DNA of 24,000 nt from Leifsonia sp. (GCA_035999915.1 DASYGJ010000358.1:6050-30049); one strand, 5' to 3'. Shown: positions 15,881 to 23,270, counted from the stretch's first letter. Numbers and translations are program-made. Notes: generated by a model not told the origin, from the letters alone.

Positions 15881-15904
15881 AGAGTTCGAATCCCACGCCC
15901 TCCG
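15881..15904 (+). repeat. tRNA 3'-end-like fragment, left copy of a 24-nt direct repeat (att-like)
   Basis: AGAGTTCGAATCCCACGCCCTCCG. GTTCGAATC + CCCAC + GCCCTCC + G has the layout G53/T-loop, T-stem 3' strand, acceptor 3' strand, discriminator. Upstream there is no matching T-stem 5' strand (GTGGG expected, TAGAG found) and no D or anticodon arms, so it is a fragment rather than a gene. It matches 23710-23733 at 23 of 24 positions. Confidence 0.6.
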
Positions 15905-16171
15905 GCGGTACAAAATACCTGATCAGAGCAAATTTACCGTTGGCCTAAATGCCGATTTTGCCCCCAATCCGACGACATCCTCGTGAATTCACCTGGGGCC
16001 AAGCCTTGTGGGATAGCTGCAATTGGCACCCAAGTGGTGGGCAACTCTGCAATTCCTGGATACCACGGTGTCCCTGGCCGGATGGAAGTCACGCACCGGT
16101 CGACCGAGCGATTCGCATGGTCCAGAGGGTGCAGAATCGAATGGTCGCACCAGGCTGAATGGAGTCAATGA

Positions 16172-17140
16172 ATGGATGACGTCCGCGTCCCTGGGCTGGA
16201 ATCGGTCGCACCCGGTACATGGTCAGTGGGCATGCCCATGCCAGGTGGCCACATCCCATTCAGTGCCCTGTATCTCATCGAAGATGAGACGCGGGGTTTG
16301 CATGTGATCGATCCGGGCTGGGGGTCTGATGAGAACTGGCAGGTCCTCGGCGCGGCCCTCGCCCAGCTCGGTCGAAACGCAGGCGATGTGCGCACCATCA
16401 CGGTCACGCATCTTCATCAGGACCACCTGGGGATGGCCGACAGGTTGCGCGCCGCATCCGGCGCACCCGTCGTCATGCATCGTTTCGAGCAGCAGGCGAA
16501 GGATGGGATGGCCGGCGGAGTACCGGCCGAGGCGGCCGCGCACGAGATCGAAGGATGGGGTGTGCCGGGCGAGCGCCGGGGCGAACTCGACCTGCGGGCG
16601 ATCTCTTCGGCGGCGCCGCCGTCGGCGGATGCGGACCTGCTGGTCGACGACGGCGACCTGCTGCCGATCCCGGGACGCGAACTCGAAGTGCTGCTCACAC
16701 CAGGGCACACGCCCGGCCATATCTGTCTGCGCGATGCTCAGCACAGGCTGATCTTCACCGGCGACCACGTGCTGCCGACGATCTACTCCGGGCTCGGGCT
16801 CGGCGGTCGCACCGAAACCAACGCGATGGCCGACTACCTGGGGTCGCTCGCCCGGGTTGCGCTGTTCGACGATCACGAGGTGTGCCCAGGCCATGGCTAC
16901 CGGTTCTTCGGCCTGGCAGAGAGATGTCGTCAGATCTCCGAGCACCACCTCAGGCGCACGCGTGAGGTTCTCGCAGCGCTCGACGAGCGTCCGGATGCAT
17001 CGGTGTGGGGCATCGCGAGCGGCCTCACCTGGACGGCGGGTTGGGAGAAGCTGTCCGGGTTTTATCTGCTCTCGGCGCTCAGCCAGACGGCGATGCACCT
17101 GGATTTCGTCCGCTCGGGCGGGGCGCGGGCGTTCGTCTAG
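16172..17140 (+). CDS. MBL-fold metallo-hydrolase
   Basis: VTHLHQDHLG (HxHxDH), TPGHTPGH, CPGHGY; 322 aa. SD GGAG (16161-16164) lies 7 nt before the ATG. Confidence 0.85.
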   Translation: MDDVRVPGLESVAPGTWSVGMPMPGGHIPFSALYLIEDETRGLHVIDPGWGSDENWQVLGAALAQLGRNAGDVRTITVTHLHQDHLGMADRLRAASGAPVVMHRFEQQAKDGMAGGVPAEAAAHEIEGWGVPGERRGELDLRAISSAAPPSADADLLVDDGDLLPIPGRELEVLLTPGHTPGHICLRDAQHRLIFTGDHVLPTIYSGLGLGGRTETNAMADYLGSLARVALFDDHEVCPGHGYRFFGLAERCRQISEHHLRRTREVLAALDERPDASVWGIASGLTWTAGWEKLSGFYLLSALSQTAMHLDFVRSGGARAFV

Positions 17141-17535
17141 CCTGCGGTGACCGCCCAGACCGGTGCTGTCTCGTCGCGATCTCCGGTTCCGGTCGGCACG
17201 AAGGTGACGTGGACAGCGGCTCCGGTCAGGTCCGCGTCGGGGTCCGCGTCGAGCTCGCCCCACCACCAGGGGCCTTCGGCGAGCTGTACGACACCGACGA
17301 CGACCCGGTTCGGGGCGCCATCGCTGCCTCGGCCGTGGACGACCGACCAGCTGACGATCTCGCCGGTACCGGCGGCGGCCACATACTCGTAGCGCTCGGA
17401 CCAGAGCGCGACGTCGGTCTTCGAGTCGAGGAACTCACCGGTCGACGTGTCGCGGACGATGAGGAACTTTCCTTCCGCGGTGCCGTCGAAGAAGGCTGCG
17501 CTTGCGGCGTCGCGCCGCACGGGGAACAGTGGCAT
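17137..17535 (-). CDS. DUF35-type OB-fold protein lacking the zinc-ribbon cysteines
   Basis: Real start is ATG 17535 (MPLFPVRRDAASAAFFDG...), preceded by GGAGA. The 312-aa track ORF is an artefactual N-terminal extension through the upstream gene. The pattern FFDG..EG.F......G....GEIVSWSVVH...VVVGVVQLAEG...L...GAAVHVTF fits DUF35. The 132-aa protein contains no Cys at all. Confidence 0.8.
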   Translation of the reverse strand: MPLFPVRRDAASAAFFDGTAEGKFLIVRDTSTGEFLDSKTDVALWSERYEYVAAAGTGEIVSWSVVHGRGSDGAPNRVVVGVVQLAEGPWWWGELDADPDADLTGAAVHVTFVPTGTGDRDETAPVWAVTAG

Positions 17536-17543
17536 TGCGTCTC

Positions 17544-18704
17544 CTAGAGGGTGCCGAGGACGAGGGTCGAGTGGTGGTCGAGGACGCCGCCGTTGCCCGA
17601 GATGAGCACGCGGTCGTGGTTCTCGACCTGGCGTTCGCCGGCCTGACCCCGGGCTTGGATGATGCCCTCCGAGAGTGGGGTCATACCCCACATGTAGTAC
17701 GAGGAGAGCTGGCCGCCGCCCGTGTTGACTTTGAGCTTGCCGGCCGGGCCGAGCATCCCAGGTTCGGAGACGAAGGCGCCGCCTTCGCCCTTGGCGCAGA
17801 ACCCGTAGTCCTCGAGTGAGATGACGGCCGTATAGGTGTAGCAGTCGTAGAGTTCGACGACGTCGATCTCGTCGAGGGTCGTGTCCGCCATCCGGAGTGC
17901 GGCCGGCCCTGAACGTGCGGCGCCGGTGACCAGCCCGAAATCGTCGTTGCGGACGAACGATTTCCCGGGATGCGCCTGCGCCCAGCCGAGGACACCAACC
18001 GCAGGCTGAGCAAGCGCGGCAGCGCGCTCCGCGCTCGTAACTATTACGGCGATTCCGCCGTTGGAGACCAGGCAACAGTCGAACAGGTGGAACGGCTCAG
18101 CGATGTACCGCGACGCATGGTACTCGTCGAGGGTCAGGGGTTTCTGGAACTGGGCTCGCGGGTTCATCGTCGCCCAATCACGCTGGGCGACGGCGACGTG
18201 ACCGAGCTGGTCGCTCGTCGTGCCATACGTCTCCATGTGGCGGCGCGCGGCCAAAGCGTAGAACGTGTTGGCGCTGTACAGGGACGACGAGGCGTTGAGC
18301 CCCATGAAGCCCTTCGGCAGGGCAGTTGCTTCGCGGTAGGCATCGCCACCACCGCGGTTCTCGGTGAGCGGCGCATCCGCCCACACGCACGCAACCGTGT
18401 CGACCATGCCGCTCGCGACCGCCATTGCCGCGTACTGCACCATCTGGCCGGCGGTCGATCCGTAGCCCTGCATCTGGGTGAGGAGCTTCAGGTCGCGTAG
18501 GCCCAGTTCGCCCTGCGTGTTGAGTCCGACTTCGGTGCCGATCCCGCCGGATACCAGTAACCCATCGATGTCACCGAGCGCGAGTCCGGCGTCGGCAGCG
18601 GCGAGGGTCACGGCTTCGGCAGCGAACTGGGGCGCGGTGCGTCCGTAGACTTTGCCGAGCTCGGTGATTCCGAGACCGGCTATCGCGGCTGCTTTCTGTG
18701 CCAT
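17544..18704 (-). CDS. Thiolase-fold protein of the SCP-x/nsLTP (Ltp2-like) type, without the nucleophilic cysteine
   Basis: Start is ATG 18704 (MAQKAAAIAGLG), preceded by GGAAGGGA and lying 2 nt after the crotonase stop. Motifs QYAAMAVASGMVD, LFDCCLVSNGG, ELYDCYTYT, GFCAKGEGG and VNTGGGQLSSYYMWGMTPLSEGIIQARG are typical of DUF35-partnered nsLTP-type thiolase-fold proteins. The canonical Cys position reads GYGSTAG. Confidence 0.85.
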   Translation of the reverse strand: MAQKAAAIAGLGITELGKVYGRTAPQFAAEAVTLAAADAGLALGDIDGLLVSGGIGTEVGLNTQGELGLRDLKLLTQMQGYGSTAGQMVQYAAMAVASGMVDTVACVWADAPLTENRGGGDAYREATALPKGFMGLNASSSLYSANTFYALAARRHMETYGTTSDQLGHVAVAQRDWATMNPRAQFQKPLTLDEYHASRYIAEPFHLFDCCLVSNGGIAVIVTSAERAAALAQPAVGVLGWAQAHPGKSFVRNDDFGLVTGAARSGPAALRMADTTLDEIDVVELYDCYTYTAVISLEDYGFCAKGEGGAFVSEPGMLGPAGKLKVNTGGGQLSSYYMWGMTPLSEGIIQARGQAGERQVENHDRVLISGNGGVLDHHSTLVLGTL

Positions 18705-18706
18705 TG

Positions 18707-19534
18707 TCAGCGTCCCTTCCATTGCGGTGCCCGCTTCTCGGCGAACGCGACCAAGCCTTCGCGGGCGTCCTCGCTGCGCATCAGGTTCTTACCTTCCGCG
18801 GCGGTGCGCGCCCAGTCGCCGTCTTCGGCGGCGACATGCTGATCGGTGATGCCGCGAGCAATACGTTTGCTCGTCTGTACCGCGAGCGGCGCGTTCTGGC
18901 AGATCAGTTCGGCCAGTGCGAGGGCCTCGTCGAGCAGGTTCTCGAGCGGTACCACCCGGTTCACAAGGCCGAGCTCGGATGCACGCTGGGCGGGGATCGG
19001 CTGGCCGGTGAGGATCGCCTCCATCGCGACCTTCTGGGGGATCTGTCGGGGCAGTCGGAATGCCCCGCCGGCCCCGGCGAAAATGCCGCGCTTGACTTCG
19101 GGGAGACCGAACGACGCCGACTCGGCGGCCACAGCGAGGTCGCTGGCGAGCACCAATTCGGTGCCGCCTCCCAGCGCGAAGCCGTTGACGGCAGCGATCG
19201 TTGGCTTAGAGATCGCGTGGCTGACGTAGCCGGCGAAGCCCCAGCGGGCGAGGCGTTCGTCGCCGTTGCCGTTCAGCCTGCCGGCTGCGGCCTCCTTCAG
19301 ATCGGCGCCGGCGCAGAAGGCTTTGTCGCCCGAGCCGGTGATGATGACGACCCAGACCGAGGATTCGGCTTCGGCATAGTCGAGTGCTTCGCCGACGCCG
19401 ACCGTGAGGTCGAGGTTGACGGCGTTGCGCGCCTCCGGCCGGTTGAGGGTGATGAGGAGGACGTGTCCGCGTTGCTCGACGAGGACGGCGCCGTTCGCGT
19501 TCACCTCGATCGGGACAGCAGTGTCGATGGTCAT
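18707..19534 (-). CDS. Enoyl-CoA hydratase/isomerase (crotonase) family protein
   Basis: 275 aa: ...FCAGADLKE..., ALGGGTELVLASDL and FGLPEVKRGIFAGAGG. Both canonical catalytic Glu contexts are present. Confidence 0.9.
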   Translation of the reverse strand: MTIDTAVPIEVNANGAVLVEQRGHVLLITLNRPEARNAVNLDLTVGVGEALDYAEAESSVWVVIITGSGDKAFCAGADLKEAAAGRLNGNGDERLARWGFAGYVSHAISKPTIAAVNGFALGGGTELVLASDLAVAAESASFGLPEVKRGIFAGAGGAFRLPRQIPQKVAMEAILTGQPIPAQRASELGLVNRVVPLENLLDEALALAELICQNAPLAVQTSKRIARGITDQHVAAEDGDWARTAAEGKNLMRSEDAREGLVAFAEKRAPQWKGR

Positions 19535-19568
19535 CGGGAGGATGCCTTTCTCGTGTCTCTGATGATTC

Positions 19569-21983
19569 TTACGCGCGCTGCAGGTCGACGGCGGGGTGGA
19601 CCTGCAGGTCGCCGGTCTGAAGCAGTGCGTCGATCTGTTCGTCGGTGAGCCCCAGGGCGGAACGCGCGATCTCGCGGGTGTGCTCAGCCTGGCGGGGCGC
19701 TGGCTCGAGGAGCGGTGCCGGGATCGACTCGAAGATCGCCTCGCTGAGGTTGGTCATCATCGGCTCCGGCCGCAGCGGGTGCACGAGTGTGCCGAACACG
19801 CCTCGAGCTGCCAGGTGCTCGTCCGTGTCGAAGTCGACCGGTCGCATCATCGGTGCGGCTGGAACACCCGCCTCCTGCAGGAGGTCGGCTGCGGCCTTCG
19901 CGTCGCGCGCGGAGGTCCAGTCGCTGAGCGCGGCGCGTAATTCGCTGTCGAGGCCGAGCCTGCCTTCGGCTGTGGCAAGCCGGTCATCCTCCAGCCAGTC
20001 GGCGCGACCGATGGCGGCGGCCAGCGCACGGAACTGCTCATAGCCGGTCGGGTCGACGACGATCCACTGGTCATCACCGGCCGCGGGGAAGATGCCGCGC
20101 GGGGCATCCCCTCCCCGATGGTTGCCCTGGGCCTGGACAGACCCCGGCGCCAGCGACTCGAGTGCCAGCTGTTCCGACATCGCTGAGAAGATCGCGTCGA
20201 CCTGGGCGGTCGATACGCGCCCCCCAAAACCGGTGATCGATCGACGGATCAGGAGCGAGGTGACGGCGATCGCATTGAGCCTGCCGACGACGTGGTCGGG
20301 GTAGATGGTGATGGCGTCGCTGAACGACCCGTCGACATCCGGGTAGCTCCAGATGCGGCTAAGGCCGGCGCTGGCGCGAACAAGCGGTCCGTATCCCATC
20401 CGTCGGCTCCAGGCTCCGTGGTCGCCGAAGGCGCTGGACTCGGAGAGCACGATGCGTGGGTTTATCGCGGTCAGTTCGGCGTATCCGAAGCCGAGCGATT
20501 CGAGGGTGCCCGGTTTGAAGTTCGCGAGCAGGATATCCGAGGTTTCGATGAGCTGCGTGAAGAGGCGCTTGCCCTCCTCGCTTTTCAGGTTTAGGCCGAG
20601 GCTGCGCTTGTTGCGCTGGCCTCCGGCGAACCCGTCTGTGATCTCGGACCCGTCCATCGATCCGCGACTGCCGTCGGGGAAATCGGTGCTCTCGATCTTG
20701 ATGACTTCGGCCCCGTAGTCGGCGAACAGGCGGCCCAGTTCAGCGCCGACGACGATCACGCCGAGGTCCAGGACGCGCAGCCCGGAGAACGGTCGCTCAC
20801 CGGTGAGCCAGGTCGGAGCGGTGTGCTCTGCCCGGACGGGGAGGGGCTCCGTGGCACCTCCGACTGCGGGCGCGTTGGTGCGGATGCCGCTGCGCTCTCC
20901 GTCGAATTCGAAGATGCCGGAGGCGACGGTCACTGTGCGGCCGTCCGGCAGGGGGCTCTCGGTGAATGATCCTGCACCGGCGAAGGCGTCGGTCTGCAGC
21001 GCTTCAGTCAGGTCGGAGAGACCTGCCGTGGGGACACCGAACGACTGGCCCGCTTCGGTCGCTGCTTCTCGCGTATAGGGCGCGAGCATCCGGCCGATCA
21101 TCGGGTAGAGCGTTCGGATCGCGCCGAACCGCACTGCGATGTTGTTGTACTTGGGGTCTGCGAACTCGTCGGGTTCGCCCAACCAGCGAAACATTCCCTG
21201 CCACTGGCGAGGGCTGAGGATGCACAGGCGCACCCATCCGTCGGCGACCGGGAAGATCGGGTAGAGGTGGCGCGAGTCCGGGCGCCCGGGTGGCAGGTCT
21301 TTCAGGGACTCGCCGGCGCGCGCGCTGCCGCCGATTCCGAGAGCCGGGTCGAGAATCTGGATCAGGCCGTCGTTGACGGAGAAGTCGACGAACTCGCCGG
21401 TTCCGCGGCCGAGCGCCGACACGAACGCGAGTAGCACCGCCCAGGCGGCCTGAGCGGCGGCGGCCTCATACGCGAGGAACACCGGTGGAAGAAGGGGCTC
21501 GGTGATCTCCGGGAGTCCGGAGCGGCTGAGCACGGTACTCATCGCGAAATGAACGTCAGGGCTGCCGAGCCATCCGCTGCGCGTGCCGGTAAGTCCGAAC
21601 TCGGTCAACGATGCGACCACGAGGGAGGGGTGCTCGCGACGGATCGCGTCCAGGTCGAAATCCCATTCATGCTGCTCGAGGATCGTCGCATCAGTGAGCA
21701 GGATGTCGGCGTCTGCAAGCAGGAGCTCGAGGCGGGCTGCACCTTCGGGGGTCGACGGATGCGCGACCACGCTGGTCTTGTTGGCGTTGCGTGCTTCGAA
21801 GGTGAGGCTGGTGCCTTGGTGGAGCGTGCCTTCCTTGCGTGAGCGAGCCCCGCCTTCCGGTTCGATGCGGAGAACTTCTGCGCCGAGGTCGGCGAAGATG
21901 CGTCCGGTGCTCTGGAGCGGACCGTCGACGATGTCGAGGACGCGTACTCCGGCGAGCGGAAGAGTGTCAGGTCGTGCATTCAT
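19569..21983 (-). CDS. Tandem-duplicated family III (CaiB/BaiF/Frc-type) CoA-transferase, 804 aa
   Basis: Start is ATG 21983 (MNARPDTLPLAGVRVLD), preceded by GAGGGA. There are two copies of the family III N-terminal motif: LAGVRVLDIVDGPLQSTGRIFADLGAEVLRIEP (aa 10-42) and FSGLRVLDLGVIVVGAELGRLFADYGAEVIKIES (aa 399-432). Each is followed by a GyD..aqA.sGl-like segment and an R-x-G-x-G segment. Confidence 0.9.
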   Translation of the reverse strand: MNARPDTLPLAGVRVLDIVDGPLQSTGRIFADLGAEVLRIEPEGGARSRKEGTLHQGTSLTFEARNANKTSVVAHPSTPEGAARLELLLADADILLTDATILEQHEWDFDLDAIRREHPSLVVASLTEFGLTGTRSGWLGSPDVHFAMSTVLSRSGLPEITEPLLPPVFLAYEAAAAQAAWAVLLAFVSALGRGTGEFVDFSVNDGLIQILDPALGIGGSARAGESLKDLPPGRPDSRHLYPIFPVADGWVRLCILSPRQWQGMFRWLGEPDEFADPKYNNIAVRFGAIRTLYPMIGRMLAPYTREAATEAGQSFGVPTAGLSDLTEALQTDAFAGAGSFTESPLPDGRTVTVASGIFEFDGERSGIRTNAPAVGGATEPLPVRAEHTAPTWLTGERPFSGLRVLDLGVIVVGAELGRLFADYGAEVIKIESTDFPDGSRGSMDGSEITDGFAGGQRNKRSLGLNLKSEEGKRLFTQLIETSDILLANFKPGTLESLGFGYAELTAINPRIVLSESSAFGDHGAWSRRMGYGPLVRASAGLSRIWSYPDVDGSFSDAITIYPDHVVGRLNAIAVTSLLIRRSITGFGGRVSTAQVDAIFSAMSEQLALESLAPGSVQAQGNHRGGDAPRGIFPAAGDDQWIVVDPTGYEQFRALAAAIGRADWLEDDRLATAEGRLGLDSELRAALSDWTSARDAKAAADLLQEAGVPAAPMMRPVDFDTDEHLAARGVFGTLVHPLRPEPMMTNLSEAIFESIPAPLLEPAPRQAEHTREIARSALGLTDEQIDALLQTGDLQVHPAVDLQRA

Positions 21984-22040
21984 GGGGTACTCCCTCGTAC
22001 CGGTGGTGTTTGATGTCAGGATTTCACCGGTGTGATCGAA

Positions 22041-22059
22041 GCAAAAGCGTTCGTTTTGC
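22041..22059. promoter_or_regulatory. Dyad GCAAAA-N7-TTTTGC in the LysR/CoA-transferase divergent region, candidate regulator site
   Basis: Perfect 6-bp arms, 58 nt upstream of the CoA-transferase ATG and 115 nt upstream of the LysR ATG. It reads A-N11-T rather than the classical T-N11-A, so the assignment to LysR is weak. Confidence 0.3.
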
Positions 22060-22173
22060 ACGCTGAATCGCGCCCGCGATGGCGGATGCATCGGTCACAG
22101 AATGCACGGTGCGATTATCAATGCTTTGCCGAAACTGGTGGATGCCCGCTCGGATGGTTCCTAAAGTGGGTCC

Positions 22174-23082
22174 ATGGAACTAACCCAGCTCCGGGCGTTC
22201 GTCGCAGCGTCGCGCGAGCGCAATATCGGAAGAGCGGCCGCTTCGCTTCTGCTCACCCCGTCGCCTGTGAGCCGCACAATCCGCCAACTGGAAGGAGAGC
22301 TGGGCGGTGATTTGTTCGTGCGCGAGTATCACGACCTGCAACTGACTGCCTTGGGGGCGGCTCTTCTGCCAGCGGCGGTCGAGGCGCTGGCGCAGATCGC
22401 CGAAGTGTCCAGGGTCGCGGTGGGCGGCGAGCGGTCGCTCCGCATCGCGTCGACGCCGTGGGCACCGAGCCGCTACTTCGATCAATTGCGATTGCGCGCC
22501 GGGGAGGCGTTCGGTTCGAACGTTGCCGTGACAACCGAGATCTCCTCTGTCCTGCTGCACAGGCTTCGACACGGTGACCTGGACATCGCCGTCGTTCACC
22601 TACCGCTGGAGATTCCGGGCATCGCTTCAAGGCCGCTTGCGCGATACCAGTTCAGCGTTTTTGCGCATCCTGAGCATAAGTTTCGCAATCTCGAAAATGT
22701 GGGGTTATCGGACCTTGCCGGAAGCGAGATCATCATGCTCCCGTCCGAGTTGCAACCTGTCGCCATGACCGCTTTGAGAAACCGCTTGATCGAGGCCGGG
22801 ATTGAAAACGTGTCGACCATTGAGCTTCGTGACTGGGTCACCTTGCCTACACGGCTTCGGGAGCGCGACGCGATCACCCTTGGGTCGCTCTCGACGGACA
22901 CCCCCTTCACCCACCTCTTGTCGGCGAACCACCTGATTTCGGTTCCCCTTCGTCAGGGCGCGGCGGAGATGCAACTGGGAATCGCGTGGCGGGCGAACGA
23001 TCAGCTGAATGCCGAAGCTCTTGTCGAAATCGACAGGCGGATGACCCCTCGGGCGGCCCGTCCGCTGGACGTCCTCGACTAG
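22174..23082 (+). CDS. LysR family transcriptional regulator
   Basis: MELTQLRAFVAASRERNIGRAAASLLLTPSPVSRTIRQLEGELGGDLFVRE is the canonical LysR HTH. 302 aa; divergent from the CoA-transferase operon. Confidence 0.9.
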   Translation: MELTQLRAFVAASRERNIGRAAASLLLTPSPVSRTIRQLEGELGGDLFVREYHDLQLTALGAALLPAAVEALAQIAEVSRVAVGGERSLRIASTPWAPSRYFDQLRLRAGEAFGSNVAVTTEISSVLLHRLRHGDLDIAVVHLPLEIPGIASRPLARYQFSVFAHPEHKFRNLENVGLSDLAGSEIIMLPSELQPVAMTALRNRLIEAGIENVSTIELRDWVTLPTRLRERDAITLGSLSTDTPFTHLLSANHLISVPLRQGAAEMQLGIAWRANDQLNAEALVEIDRRMTPRAARPLDVLD

Positions 23083-23095
23083 TAGTTGCCGCCTC

Positions 23096-23260
23096 TCAGC
23101 GCTCCACGACGTTGACCGCCGGCCCGCCGAGGCTCGAACTATCAAAAACCTCGGGCGCAAGCTCGACGAGCGCGCCTTCGCGACTGGCGAGACGGTCCCG
23201 TTCATAGCGGGTCTCCGATGATGAATGCGCGCCGCAGACCGGCTCGATACCGTCGCGCAA
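23096..23260 (-). CDS. Small ORF (54 aa, TTG start) or C-terminal fragment of a disrupted gene
   Basis: My translation: (M)RDGIEPVCGAHSSSETRYERDRLASREGALVELAPEVFDSSSLGGPAVNVVER*. It reads protein-like but has no recognisable family. Its 5' end lies 10 nt from the IS-like hairpin at 23271, which suggests truncation. Confidence 0.25.
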   Translation of the reverse strand: MRDGIEPVCGAHSSSETRYERDRLASREGALVELAPEVFDSSSLGGPAVNVVER

Positions 23261-23270
23261 TGCTGTTATG

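Noticed and set aside
15860-15930. Resemblance of CTAGAGTTCGAA...CGGCGGTACAAAATACC to guanidine-I (ykkC) riboswitch blocks (CUAGGGUUCCG ... ACGGCGGGACAAAAGCCCGGGAGA)
   Set aside because: It was tempting given the guanidino-related operon nearby. However, the two blocks are about 20 nt apart instead of about 50-60, and the GGUCCGAGAG block and P1/P2 pairings are missing. The second copy (23710-23733) lacks the ACAAAA part. The tRNA 3'-end reading explains both copies better.
16017-16054. 8-mer CTGCAATT repeated 30 bp apart (16017-16024 and 16047-16054), considered as arm-type recombinase sites
   Set aside because: My rough estimate is that a repeated 8-mer within a 267-bp stretch has about a 50 percent chance of occurring at random. 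It is not significant alone.
16223-19648. Antisense or extended ORFs: 16223-17266 (347 aa), the N-terminal 180 codons of 17137-18075, and 18698-19648 (316 aa)
   Set aside because: Only the last 132 codons of 17137-18075 (from ATG 17535, which has an SD) look like a real DUF35 protein. The rest overlaps the thiolase-fold gene out of frame. The other ORFs are shadows of the MBL and crotonase genes.
20388-21557. My first reading that the CoA-transferase catalytic Asp sits in the G-Y-D-like motif. That reading had SPD143 in the N-half and GYG532 in the C-half, implying a dead C-half
   Set aside because: On recalling the Frc sequence, Asp169 lies in the downstream LGDSNSG-type motif, not in the YENVAQ/GYD-type motif. 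Re-alignment reverses the conclusion: the C-half keeps the Asp and the N-half is the atypical one.
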